From Actinobacteria bacterium UBA5182 (GTDB taxonomy: Bacteria > Actinomycetota > UBA4738), in the NCBI GenBank assembly GCA_002413185.1, contig DHWM01000091.1, positions 83,664 to 118,897 on the forward strand: DNA of 35,234 nucleotides, written 5' to 3'. Both the position numbers and the translations under genes were made by a program. This document shows positions 25,539 to 32,495 of the stretch, piece after piece. The notes below the pieces were generated by a model that was not told where the DNA came from, ran no database searches, and saw nothing but the letters and a program-made list of their open reading frames with translations. Numbering within the stretch: the stretch's first letter is position 1; each line of letters starts with the position of its first letter.

Positions 25539-26313
25539 GTCGCGTGCGGCGAGGGCGGCTCACCCTCTTTGGACGTTCCGGCAGTGGGGCCAAGTCGGTC
25601 CCACGTTTCTCGAGTAGCTTGGTCAGGGCGAGCGCATCCCCGGGGGCCGCCGCCAGTGGGTCGTTGTTGAAGAACACGTACGTGTCGCGGGCCTCCAGGC
25701 CCGCGATCCGGCCCGCCCAGGCCCTCAGCTTCGACCGGGCGTACTTCGGATGGAACCTCCGGCCCTGGTGGAACCGGATGTAGGACCATCCGCCGGTGAC
25801 GATCGTGGGCACCGCCCACCCGGGGCGGTCGGCCATGACCCACGCCGCGCCGGCTCGATCCAGCAGTTCGTACACCTCCTCGCGGTTCCAGGAGTCGTCC
25901 CGGAACTCGAAGGCGGCCCGCATCGGAGAGGGCAGGACCGACAGGAAGTCCGCGAGCAGGGAGGTGTCCGCCCTGAAGTTCGGCGGGAGCTGGAACAATA
26001 CCGGTCCGAGCTTCTCCTCGAGCCGGACCGCCCTCGACCAGAAGAGGCCCACCGATTCCCTGGCCTCTCGAAGCCGCCGGATGTGCGTGATGTACCGGCT
26101 CGCCTTCACCACGAACACGAAACCGGCCGGAGTCGACACGCGCCATCGGTCGAAGGTCTCCTCTTTGGGAAGGTGGTAGAAGGAGTTGTTCAGCTCCACC
26201 ACGGGGAAGGTCCCCGTGTAGTGGTCGAGCCAGGATCGCTGCGGAAGCTTCTCCGGGTAGAACGGCCCCTTCCAGGACCGGTACTGCCAGCCGCTGGTCC
26301 CGATGTAGATCAT
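25480..26313 (-). CDS. DUF72 (YecE/UPF0759) family protein
   Basis: MIYIGTSGWQY.SW.G.FYP..L......L..Y...F..VE.N.SFY.LP...T...W...TP..F.F.VK.SR.ITH is the characteristic DUF72 N-terminus. The C-terminal YVFFNND is also typical. Confidence 0.9.
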   Translation of the reverse strand: MIYIGTSGWQYRSWKGPFYPEKLPQRSWLDHYTGTFPVVELNNSFYHLPKEETFDRWRVSTPAGFVFVVKASRYITHIRRLREARESVGLFWSRAVRLEEKLGPVLFQLPPNFRADTSLLADFLSVLPSPMRAAFEFRDDSWNREEVYELLDRAGAAWVMADRPGWAVPTIVTGGWSYIRFHQGRRFHPKYARSKLRAWAGRIAGLEARDTYVFFNNDPLAAAPGDALALTKLLEKRGTDLAPLPERPKRVSRPRRTRLEGREIGAEQSSGAAEEPA

Positions 26314-26368
26314 GGCCGGGAGCTTCTACCCGAACTCGCCGTAAACTTGAACCGTCGAAAGGACGGAC

Positions 26369-26632
26369 ATGGGACTCCTGTTCTTGCTGCTGATCATCCT
26401 GCTCCTCGCCACTGCGGGGATCCTCGGGTTCGTGGTCAAGGTCGCGCTGGGCGTTGCGGTCGGGCTGGTCGCGGCGGTCATGCTCCTGGTGTGGGCGGTG
26501 AAACGGCGGGTCCGGCGAGCCCTGTTCGGAACCACCCGGCCCCGCGCGCAGTGGCGACGCGTGCCGGGGTCCCGAGTCGAGGTCCTGGACCGGGGGGAGC
26601 CTCCGGTTCCGGGAGAGCGGCCGCTCCGATGA
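26369..26632 (+). CDS. Small hypothetical membrane protein (2 TM helices, basic tail)
   Basis: ATG 6 nt after an AAAGGACGGA SD. MGLLFLLLIILLLATAGILGFVVKVALGVAVGLVAAVMLLVWAV, followed by an Arg-rich tail. Confidence 0.5.
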   Translation: MGLLFLLLIILLLATAGILGFVVKVALGVAVGLVAAVMLLVWAVKRRVRRALFGTTRPRAQWRRVPGSRVEVLDRGEPPVPGERPLR

Positions 26633-26802
26633 TCCCCGACCCGCAGATCCGGGCCACCCTCCAGGAGACGCCCGGCCATTGGCGGTCGCCTCCTCGCATC
26701 CCGCAGGGCCGCCCACCCCGTGGATGGCGGATGTGGGTGCTCGTGGGGCTCGCCGTCGTGATCCTCGCCGCCGTGGTCGTGGTGATCCTGACCGCGTCCT
26801 GA
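26629..26802 (+). CDS. Small hypothetical single-pass membrane protein (57 aa)
   Basis: ATG 26629 overlaps the preceding stop (ATGA). MIPDPQIRATLQETPGHWRSPPRIPQGRPPRGWRMWVLVGLAVVILAAVVVVILTAS. It is only the tail of a long shadow ORF in the track. Confidence 0.4.
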   Translation: MIPDPQIRATLQETPGHWRSPPRIPQGRPPRGWRMWVLVGLAVVILAAVVVVILTAS

Positions 26803-26815
26803 CCGGGGCCAGTCT

Positions 26816-27496
26816 TCACGACCCGTCCCCCACCAGCAGCTGGCCGACCGCGAATCCAGCGACGGCCCGCGCGGCCTCCCGCTCCCGGCGAAAGAAGAAG
26901 TGGTCGGTTCCACGGATGATCTCCACCGTCGCCCGGGAGAGCTTCCTGCCCAGTGACCGCAGGTCCGGAACGGGGCAGAAGGGATCGGCTTCGCCTGCCA
27001 GCAGCAGGACGGGTCGATCGAACGCCTTCAGACGCTCGCGGCCAGGGAGCTGCGGAAGGACCAGGCTCGAGTCCGACAATGGAAAGCCGATCAGGGCGAG
27101 CGCTCCCACCCGTTCGTCATCGAGGCCCGCTCGCAGGGCCACGTGGGCCCCGAAGGACCACCCGCACAGGAACGTCCCCTTCGCCTCCTCCGTCTCTTGG
27201 CGAACCCGGCCGATGGCCGCCACCGCGTCCGTCACCTCGGCGACGCCCCCGCCGTAGCTCCCTTCGGAACCCATGACCCCGCGGAAGTTGAAGCCGAGCA
27301 CCACGAATCCCCGGGCGGCCAGCTCGTTGCGAATGGCCCACAGGAGGGGATGGTTCTTGCTGCCGCCCTGCTGCGGATGGGGATGGCAGATCAGGGCGGA
27401 CCCGGCGGCGACGCCTTCGGGCCTTCGCAGCGCCCCCTCCAGGGTGAGTCCGTCCTCCGTTCGGAAGCTGACCGGCTCCACCACGGGAGCGACCAT
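26816..27496 (-). CDS. Alpha/beta-fold hydrolase (short, dienelactone-hydrolase-like)
   Basis: HPHP..GGS..H.....I...LA..GF.VL.FNFRG...S.G.........D........., then a nucleophile-elbow-like GWSFG, a late D (AGEADPF) and H (GTDHFF). I place the start at ATG 27496, because codons upstream have low third-position G+C and would run into fdxA. No clear SD. Confidence 0.7.
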   Translation of the reverse strand: MVAPVVEPVSFRTEDGLTLEGALRRPEGVAAGSALICHPHPQQGGSKNHPLLWAIRNELAARGFVVLGFNFRGVMGSEGSYGGGVAEVTDAVAAIGRVRQETEEAKGTFLCGWSFGAHVALRAGLDDERVGALALIGFPLSDSSLVLPQLPGRERLKAFDRPVLLLAGEADPFCPVPDLRSLGRKLSRATVEIIRGTDHFFFRREREAARAVAGFAVGQLLVGDGS

Positions 27497-27575
27497 ACGG
27501 GGTTGCGACCGACGCCTCCAGGGGTAGACTTGGATTTCCACGGTCACCACCGTCGAAAAGAGGAGAATCGGAGCC

Positions 27576-27905
27576 ATGACCTACACGATCTGCGAGACAT
27601 GCATCGACGTGAAGGACCGGGCCTGCGTCGACGAGTGCCCGGTGGACTGCATCTACGAGGGCGGCCGGATGCTCTACATCCACCCCGACGAGTGCGTCGA
27701 CTGTGGTGCGTGCGAACCCGTCTGCCCGGTGACGGCCATCTTCTACGAGGACGACGTCCCCGCGGAGTGGAAGAACTACACGCCGATCAATGCGGAGTTC
27801 TTCAACGACGAGATCAGCGGGATCGGTTCGCCGGGAGGGGCTGCCCAGGTTGGAGCCGTCGACAAGGATCACCCCTTCGTCGCGAACTTCGCCGCTCCCC
27901 AATAA
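27576..27905 (+). CDS. fdxA: 7Fe ferredoxin ([3Fe-4S][4Fe-4S]), actinobacterial FdxA type
   Basis: MTYTICETCIDVKDRACVDECPVDCIYEGGRMLYIHPDECVDCGACEPVCPVTAIFYEDDVP is near-identical in pattern to mycobacterial/streptomycete FdxA. AAGAGGAGAA SD. Confidence 0.95.
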   Translation: MTYTICETCIDVKDRACVDECPVDCIYEGGRMLYIHPDECVDCGACEPVCPVTAIFYEDDVPAEWKNYTPINAEFFNDEISGIGSPGGAAQVGAVDKDHPFVANFAAPQ

Positions 27906-27922
27906 CGCGGAGCGTTCGGCGG

Positions 27923-28567
27923 CTACCGGTGGAGGAAGCCGAACCGCGACGGCGGCCATAGGATGACGAAGGCCCGGCCGACCACCTTGTCCTCCGGGAT
28001 GAACCCCAGCGAGCATCGCGAGTCGCAGGAGTGGGCACGGTTGTCCCCCAGGACGAAGAGGTTCCCGGCGGGAATGCGGGTCGGGCCGTAGTCCACCCCG
28101 CCGGTCCCGATGGTGAGGCCCGGGTAGTCCTCGCGGAGCTGCCGGCCGTTGATGAGGACGCGGCCCATATGAACCTCGACGGTCTCGCCCGGCAGGCCGA
28201 TGACCCGCTTGATGTAGTCCTTGTCGGGGCTGGTCGAGGCGCCCAGTCCCTCCGTCAGCCAGTGCAGGAACCCCTGGACCGGGTTGCGGTGGATGGCCTC
28301 CCCATGTGGCTCCGAGAACACCACGATGTCGCCACGGCGGGGGGGATGCAGGTGATACACGACCTTGTTCACGAGGACCCGATCCCCGACCAGGAGCGTC
28401 CGTTCCATGGACTCCGACGGGATGTAGAAGGCCTGGACGACGAACGTCTTCAGGAGCAGCGCGACCAGGAACGCCACCAGGAGGAGAACCGGGAGCTCTC
28501 GAAGGAGTCCTCGCCGGCGGTCGCCCCCGGCAGGGCGCGGGTCCTCCTTCGTCGCTGTATCGGTCAC
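27923..28567 (-). CDS. lepB: Signal peptidase I (LepB)
   Basis: The GTG at 28567 overlaps the upstream stop (GTGA). One TM helix, box [17 protein letters not shown], box [12 protein letters not shown], box [12 protein letters not shown]. Box B carries Arg where Pro is normally conserved. Confidence 0.88.
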   Translation of the reverse strand: MTDTATKEDPRPAGGDRRRGLLRELPVLLLVAFLVALLLKTFVVQAFYIPSESMERTLLVGDRVLVNKVVYHLHPPRRGDIVVFSEPHGEAIHRNPVQGFLHWLTEGLGASTSPDKDYIKRVIGLPGETVEVHMGRVLINGRQLREDYPGLTIGTGGVDYGPTRIPAGNLFVLGDNRAHSCDSRCSLGFIPEDKVVGRAFVILWPPSRFGFLHR

Positions 28568-29805
28568 GGAGCGGGTTCGGGCGCGCGCTCCGAGCCGGGG
28601 GTGGCCGCGCCGTTCCCGCCGGCAACCGCCTGGCCGTTCGGCTCGGGCAGGACGCCGGGGAAGGACCACTCGGCGGGGAGCTCCCCGCCGGGCCAGCGCT
28701 TGCGTGAGTTGGCGGCCAGCTTGTCCATGAGCGCCAGCGCGGCGGGATCCTCCCGGCCCGGTCGCCAGTCGATGATGCCGGCCTCCAGGGCGTCTCGCCA
28801 GATCTGCTCGCCGCGGTCCGTCCGGATCACAGTGAGCGTCCACCCGTCGTTCTGGCCGAGGCCTCCGAAGGAGATGTCGGCGTGCTCCGCGGCGAAGTCG
28901 GGGCATCTCAGGCACCCCGGACGCGTGTACGCGTGCGCTTTCTTCAGCGAATAGGTGAGCTCCCGGCCGTCGCGGGTGTAGAAGAGCAGCTTGCCCTTCA
29001 CGTTCACCCGGGCGATGTCCTCCAGGGCGAGCCCCAGCTCATTCTGGGCGATCTCCACGTTCAACCCCTCATAGGTGAACGTCTTCGAGCACAGCAGGCC
29101 GAACGTCCACGCGATCCGCTTCCGCCACTTGTTGACCCGGCGTGCCTCGAGCGCGCCGGTCACGCTGGCCTGGCAGGACATGCCCACCAGCGCGACGCTG
29201 GAGAGCCCCATCTCCGCGGCCTTCACCAGGGCCAGGGGGTTCGCGGAGTACGTGTAGCGCGAACCGGCCGTGGCAAGGACGCCTTCGGCGTCGGTGACAA
29301 CCGTGGGCTCGGCGTCCCACGGCCGCTCGTCGGAGAGCTTCGACGTCAGCGCGCCGTCGATCCGTCCCGTCTCCATTCCCCAGATGAGAAGCGCCGACAC
29401 GACCCCGCCGTCCTGTCCCTGGGCCAGCACGCGGGGGTCGCGGGCCTTTGCCAGCACCACGTCCTGATGGACCCCGATGACCTCTTCGGGCAGCCGGGTC
29501 CGTCCGAACAGGAGCCGGTCGAGCTCGGGTTCCCACTCCCGGAACCGAGGGCAGGCCCGGGTGCAGATGTCGCAGCCCTTGTCGCCGTGCACGCAGATGT
29601 CGGGCCCTTCGGGCATCAGTTGAACGGGTTGATCGTTCTCGTAGCCGAGGACGTGGAAGGGACAGACCACCACGCAGGCCGAACATCCCGTGCACAGCCC
29701 GGTGAGGACGACCTCGTCGTAGAGGTCCTTCCACTGGGTCTTGTCTGCCGAGGACGGCATCTCCGGAGTATAGGCCGGGCCTCCGGAGGTGATCCCGGCG
29801 GCCAC
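28564..29805 (-). CDS. Coenzyme F420 hydrogenase/dehydrogenase beta-subunit (FrhB/FdhB) family iron-sulfur flavoprotein, stand-alone
   Basis: The N-terminus has two 4Fe-4S motifs ([12 protein letters not shown]; [14 protein letters not shown]). FrhB-type motifs follow: [52 protein letters not shown]...[13 protein letters not shown]. There is a Pro/Gly/Ala-rich C-terminal tail. The start (GTG 29805 or ATG 29760) is uncertain. Confidence 0.8.
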   Translation of the reverse strand: MAAGITSGGPAYTPEMPSSADKTQWKDLYDEVVLTGLCTGCSACVVVCPFHVLGYENDQPVQLMPEGPDICVHGDKGCDICTRACPRFREWEPELDRLLFGRTRLPEEVIGVHQDVVLAKARDPRVLAQGQDGGVVSALLIWGMETGRIDGALTSKLSDERPWDAEPTVVTDAEGVLATAGSRYTYSANPLALVKAAEMGLSSVALVGMSCQASVTGALEARRVNKWRKRIAWTFGLLCSKTFTYEGLNVEIAQNELGLALEDIARVNVKGKLLFYTRDGRELTYSLKKAHAYTRPGCLRCPDFAAEHADISFGGLGQNDGWTLTVIRTDRGEQIWRDALEAGIIDWRPGREDPAALALMDKLAANSRKRWPGGELPAEWSFPGVLPEPNGQAVAGGNGAATPGSERAPEPAP

Positions 29806-29879
29806 ATGCTTTCACCCGGGCCTTTCGGTTGCTAGGCTCGCGCCGTGGGAAACCATTCCTCCGTCCGGGTGCCATAGCC

Positions 29880-30560
29880 GTGCTCGAGCCCGAAGCGGTC
29901 TCCGCCGCCCTTCTCGCCGCTGCCGGTGAGGTGCAGGCGCTGATGAACCATCTGGGCCTGGCCGCGCGGTCGGCCCCTACCGCCAAGTTCGTGTTCGAGG
30001 CCGACCTTCGAGCCTCTCTCCGTCGGGCCCTGCAGTTCGGTCGGTCCGAGCTCGTTTCCGTCGAGACCAGCCTGGGGAAGGGCGGATCGCTCGGCCAGCC
30101 CAGCGACGTGGTGGTGGCGGCGCGGGCCAAGGTCCCCCAGCTCGCCGTGGAGCTGCAGTTCCACCCTCGAGGCGAGGATCACGCCGGCTTCGCCACCGGG
30201 GTCATCGGCGACATCGTCAAGATGGCGGTGGCGAAGTCGCGCGACGCCGTGGAGCAGGCGACGGTCCTCATCGCGGCGCCGTCCCGGTTCTGGCGGTGGC
30301 TGCCCGGGTTCGCCGAGGAGCGCCTCGGCTACGAGCTCCTGAACCCCGAGGCAGACACCCCGGCCAGCGTCAAGAGCGACTTCCTGGCGGGCTCCACGTG
30401 GGACGCGATGTTCGAGGCCGGCATGGACTCGAACGTTCCCGACCGGCTGTGGACCTCATCGCTCGGGTCCGTCGAGGCGAAGTCGCCGTGGACCGAGATC
30501 GAACTGCACCTGCTCGAGGTCAAGGGCCTCGGCGCGGCGAGGGACGTCCGGGCGGAGTAG
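29880..30560 (+). CDS. Hypothetical protein, no family recognised (possible PD-(D/E)xK-like core)
   Basis: Strong third-position G+C bias from about 29880 onward. The tracked TTG at 29829 lies only 23 nt from the divergent gene, and its first 16 codons have poor GC3, so I place the start at GTG 29880 (29931/29943 are also possible). ...PSDVVVAARAKVPQLAVELQFH... has the spacing of a nuclease-fold D...ExK/Q motif. This is weak. Confidence 0.5.
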   Translation: MLEPEAVSAALLAAAGEVQALMNHLGLAARSAPTAKFVFEADLRASLRRALQFGRSELVSVETSLGKGGSLGQPSDVVVAARAKVPQLAVELQFHPRGEDHAGFATGVIGDIVKMAVAKSRDAVEQATVLIAAPSRFWRWLPGFAEERLGYELLNPEADTPASVKSDFLAGSTWDAMFEAGMDSNVPDRLWTSSLGSVEAKSPWTEIELHLLEVKGLGAARDVRAE

Positions 30561-30568
30561 CCCGTCTT

Positions 30569-30925
30569 CTAGACGGAGAACGACTCTCCGCAGGCGCATT
30601 CGTGTACGGCCTGCGGGTTGTTCACCTTGAACCCGCCCCCCAGCAGCGTGTCGTTGAACTCCAGCGTCGAGCCGGACACGATCGGCACGCTCTTGGGGTC
30701 CACCAGGACGGTCAGCCCGTACGCTTCGATGACGTGGTCCTCGGGGCCGGGCTGGTCCTCGAACGACAGCTTGTAGGAGAAGCCGGAACAGCCCCCCGCG
30801 AGCACCCGGAGGCGCAGGCACGGCTGGGCATGGCCTTCGCGCCGCGAGAGTGAGATGGCCTTGACGGCAGCGGACTCGGTCACCCCGATCACGGGCGTCT
30901 GGATTTCGGTGCTCACGCCTTCCAT
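30569..30925 (-). CDS. erpA: A-type iron-sulfur cluster carrier (ErpA/IscA/HesB)
   Basis: ...LRLRVLAGGCSGFSYKLSFED...VLVDPKS......GSTLEF.D.L.GGGFKVNNP.A...CACGESFSV. The three conserved Cys are present. Confidence 0.92.
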   Translation of the reverse strand: MEGVSTEIQTPVIGVTESAAVKAISLSRREGHAQPCLRLRVLAGGCSGFSYKLSFEDQPGPEDHVIEAYGLTVLVDPKSVPIVSGSTLEFNDTLLGGGFKVNNPQAVHECACGESFSV

Positions 30926-31331
30926 GATACGGCGAGCCGATGAAACGCAGCCCGCACGGATTCCGACAGCGTCGGATATGGATGGATGGCCTGGCCGACC
31001 GTCCCGGCGTCGACGCGTCGAACACCGTGCCGTCGGCGAGCTCGACGCGGTGTGGACCCCTCAGACGGGCCTCCTGCATGAACACGCGCGCGCCGAGCTC
31101 TTCGTACGGTCGTGCCCCAGCGGAGGTCTTCAATTCGATCAGCCGCCGGGACGCGCCGCATCATCGCCGAGAAGTCGACGGCCAGCCAAAATGCCAGCAT
31201 TCGCCCCCGAGCCGGTCGCGCTGGGCCATCGCCACCGTGAGGCCCGCCCCGGCGCTCGCCCCGGCGAGCGCTCCGGTCACTTCGGAGCCCGTCCCGTCCC
31301 CGCCCATGACGAACGCATCGACCCGCTCCAC
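30913..31331 (-). pseudogene. Relic of an FAD-dependent pyridine nucleotide-disulfide oxidoreductase (N-terminus and C-terminal tail only, frameshifted, about 1 kb missing)
   Basis: One frame reads VERVDAFVMGGDGTGSEVTGALAGASAGAGLTVAMAQRDRLGGECWHFGWPS then stop (FAD dinucleotide fold plus the GGxC redox-centre region). A second frame reads ..GARVFMQEARLRGPHRVELADGTVFDA. (the usual G.a.f..ph.V.v.dG segment). A third frame ends GTVGQAIHPYPTLSESVRAAF (the dimerisation-domain tail HP.PT.SE). Full-length members are about 450-470 aa. Confidence 0.65.
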
Positions 31332-31360
31332 GAACCTCCCCGGCTACGATTGGCCGAACA

Positions 31361-31957
31361 ATGTACCGGCCCGAAGAACTCCGCGACAGGCTTCGCCGGC
31401 TCCTCGGAGCACCAGCGGCGACCGACCTGCCGACCGTGCCACCCGGGACGGTCCCCGCTGCGGTGTTGGCGCCCATCCTGGGGGCGGGGCCCGAACCGCG
31501 CCTGGTGTTCACCAAGCGGGCGGACACCCTGTCCCGTCACGCCGGCGAGATCTCGTTCCCTGGAGGGTTGGTCGACCGAGGCGAGGAACCTGCGGCGGCG
31601 GCGCTCCGGGAGGCCGAGGAGGAGCTCGGGCTGCGCCCGTGGGACGTGGAGCTGCTCGGGATGCTCGAACCGGTGCATACCAGGGTGACGGGCATCCTGA
31701 TCCTCCCCTTCGTGGGCTGGCTTCGGACGGATCCGAGGTTCACCCCGAATGCGGCCGAGATCGCCGATGTCCTGGAGTTCGGCTTGGCCGACCTGGTGGC
31801 GAGGGGGACGGAGGCGGAATTCGAGCATGACGGGCGGTCGTTTCGGACCCACGTGTACCGGATGGACGGCCATGTCATCTGGGGCGCCACGGCCCGGATC
31901 CTTCGGTCGCTCATCGAGGTCCTCGAAGGGGCGCGCATCAGGACCAGGGAGGGGTAG
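31361..31957 (+). CDS. NUDIX hydrolase, CoA pyrophosphatase subgroup (NudL-like)
   Basis: AAVL.P.........LVFTKRA..L..HAGEISFPGG..D..EE...AALREAEEELGL is the Nudix box with the upstream CoA-pyrophosphatase motif. The ATG lies 10 nt after a TACGAT box with no SD. Confidence 0.88.
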   Translation: MYRPEELRDRLRRLLGAPAATDLPTVPPGTVPAAVLAPILGAGPEPRLVFTKRADTLSRHAGEISFPGGLVDRGEEPAAAALREAEEELGLRPWDVELLGMLEPVHTRVTGILILPFVGWLRTDPRFTPNAAEIADVLEFGLADLVARGTEAEFEHDGRSFRTHVYRMDGHVIWGATARILRSLIEVLEGARIRTREG

Positions 31958-31960
31958 GCG

Positions 31961-32326
31961 TTGCCGGAGCAAGAGCCCGAGCACGAACTCGCCCCGTACC
32001 GGCCGAGCGACCAGGAGCTCCGTTCGATCCTGGGCGACGCCCGGACCATCGCCGTGGTCGGCCTGTCGTCGAATCCCCGGCCCGCATCCCACGACGTGGC
32101 GGGGTATCTGAAGCGCAGGGGCTACCGGATCATCCCGGTGAATCCGAACGAGACCGAGGTCTTCGGGGAGAAGGCGTACCCCACCCTGCTCGACGTTCCG
32201 GGCAAGATCGACGCGGTCGACGTGTTCCGGCGGCCCGAGGAGGCTCGGCGCATCGCGGAGGAGGCCGGCCTCGATGTGGTCATGGGGGTTTGCATGAAGC
32301 ACACGCACAAGCGATTGGGGGTGTGA
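31961..32326 (+). CDS. CoA-binding domain protein (YccU/YneT family), apparently missing about 30 internal residues
   Basis: TTG start 7 nt after a GGGAGGGG SD. The sequence L...RTIAVVGLSSNP.R.S..V..YL...GY.IIPVNPN......G...Y..L.DVP..IDAVDVFRR matches the family. It then jumps directly to the C-terminal A...GLDVVM..C.....RLG. Confidence 0.75.
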   Translation: MPEQEPEHELAPYRPSDQELRSILGDARTIAVVGLSSNPRPASHDVAGYLKRRGYRIIPVNPNETEVFGEKAYPTLLDVPGKIDAVDVFRRPEEARRIAEEAGLDVVMGVCMKHTHKRLGV

Positions 32327-32329
32327 ACG

Positions 32330-32494
32330 ATGCAGCGATGGGAGTACTTCGTGGCCCCGCTTCTCCCGCACAATCCGGGAGACATCCTGAACACGTTCGG
32401 CCAGGACGGCTGGGAGCTGGTCGCCGTGGTGACGCAGGAGACGCCGGCGGGCGGGATCTCTCTGGTGGCGTACATGAAGCGGCCGAAGGCGTAG
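32330..32494 (+). CDS. DUF4177-like small protein (54 aa, not in the ORF track)
   Basis: ATG 32330, 3 nt after the preceding stop. MQRWEYFVAPLLPHNPGDILNTFGQDGWELVAVVTQETPAGGISLVAYMKRPKA then TAG. W.Y.......LN..G..GWELV......Y.KR is the DUF4177 pattern. High GC3. Confidence 0.65.
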   Translation: MQRWEYFVAPLLPHNPGDILNTFGQDGWELVAVVTQETPAGGISLVAYMKRPKA

Positions 32495-32495
32495 C

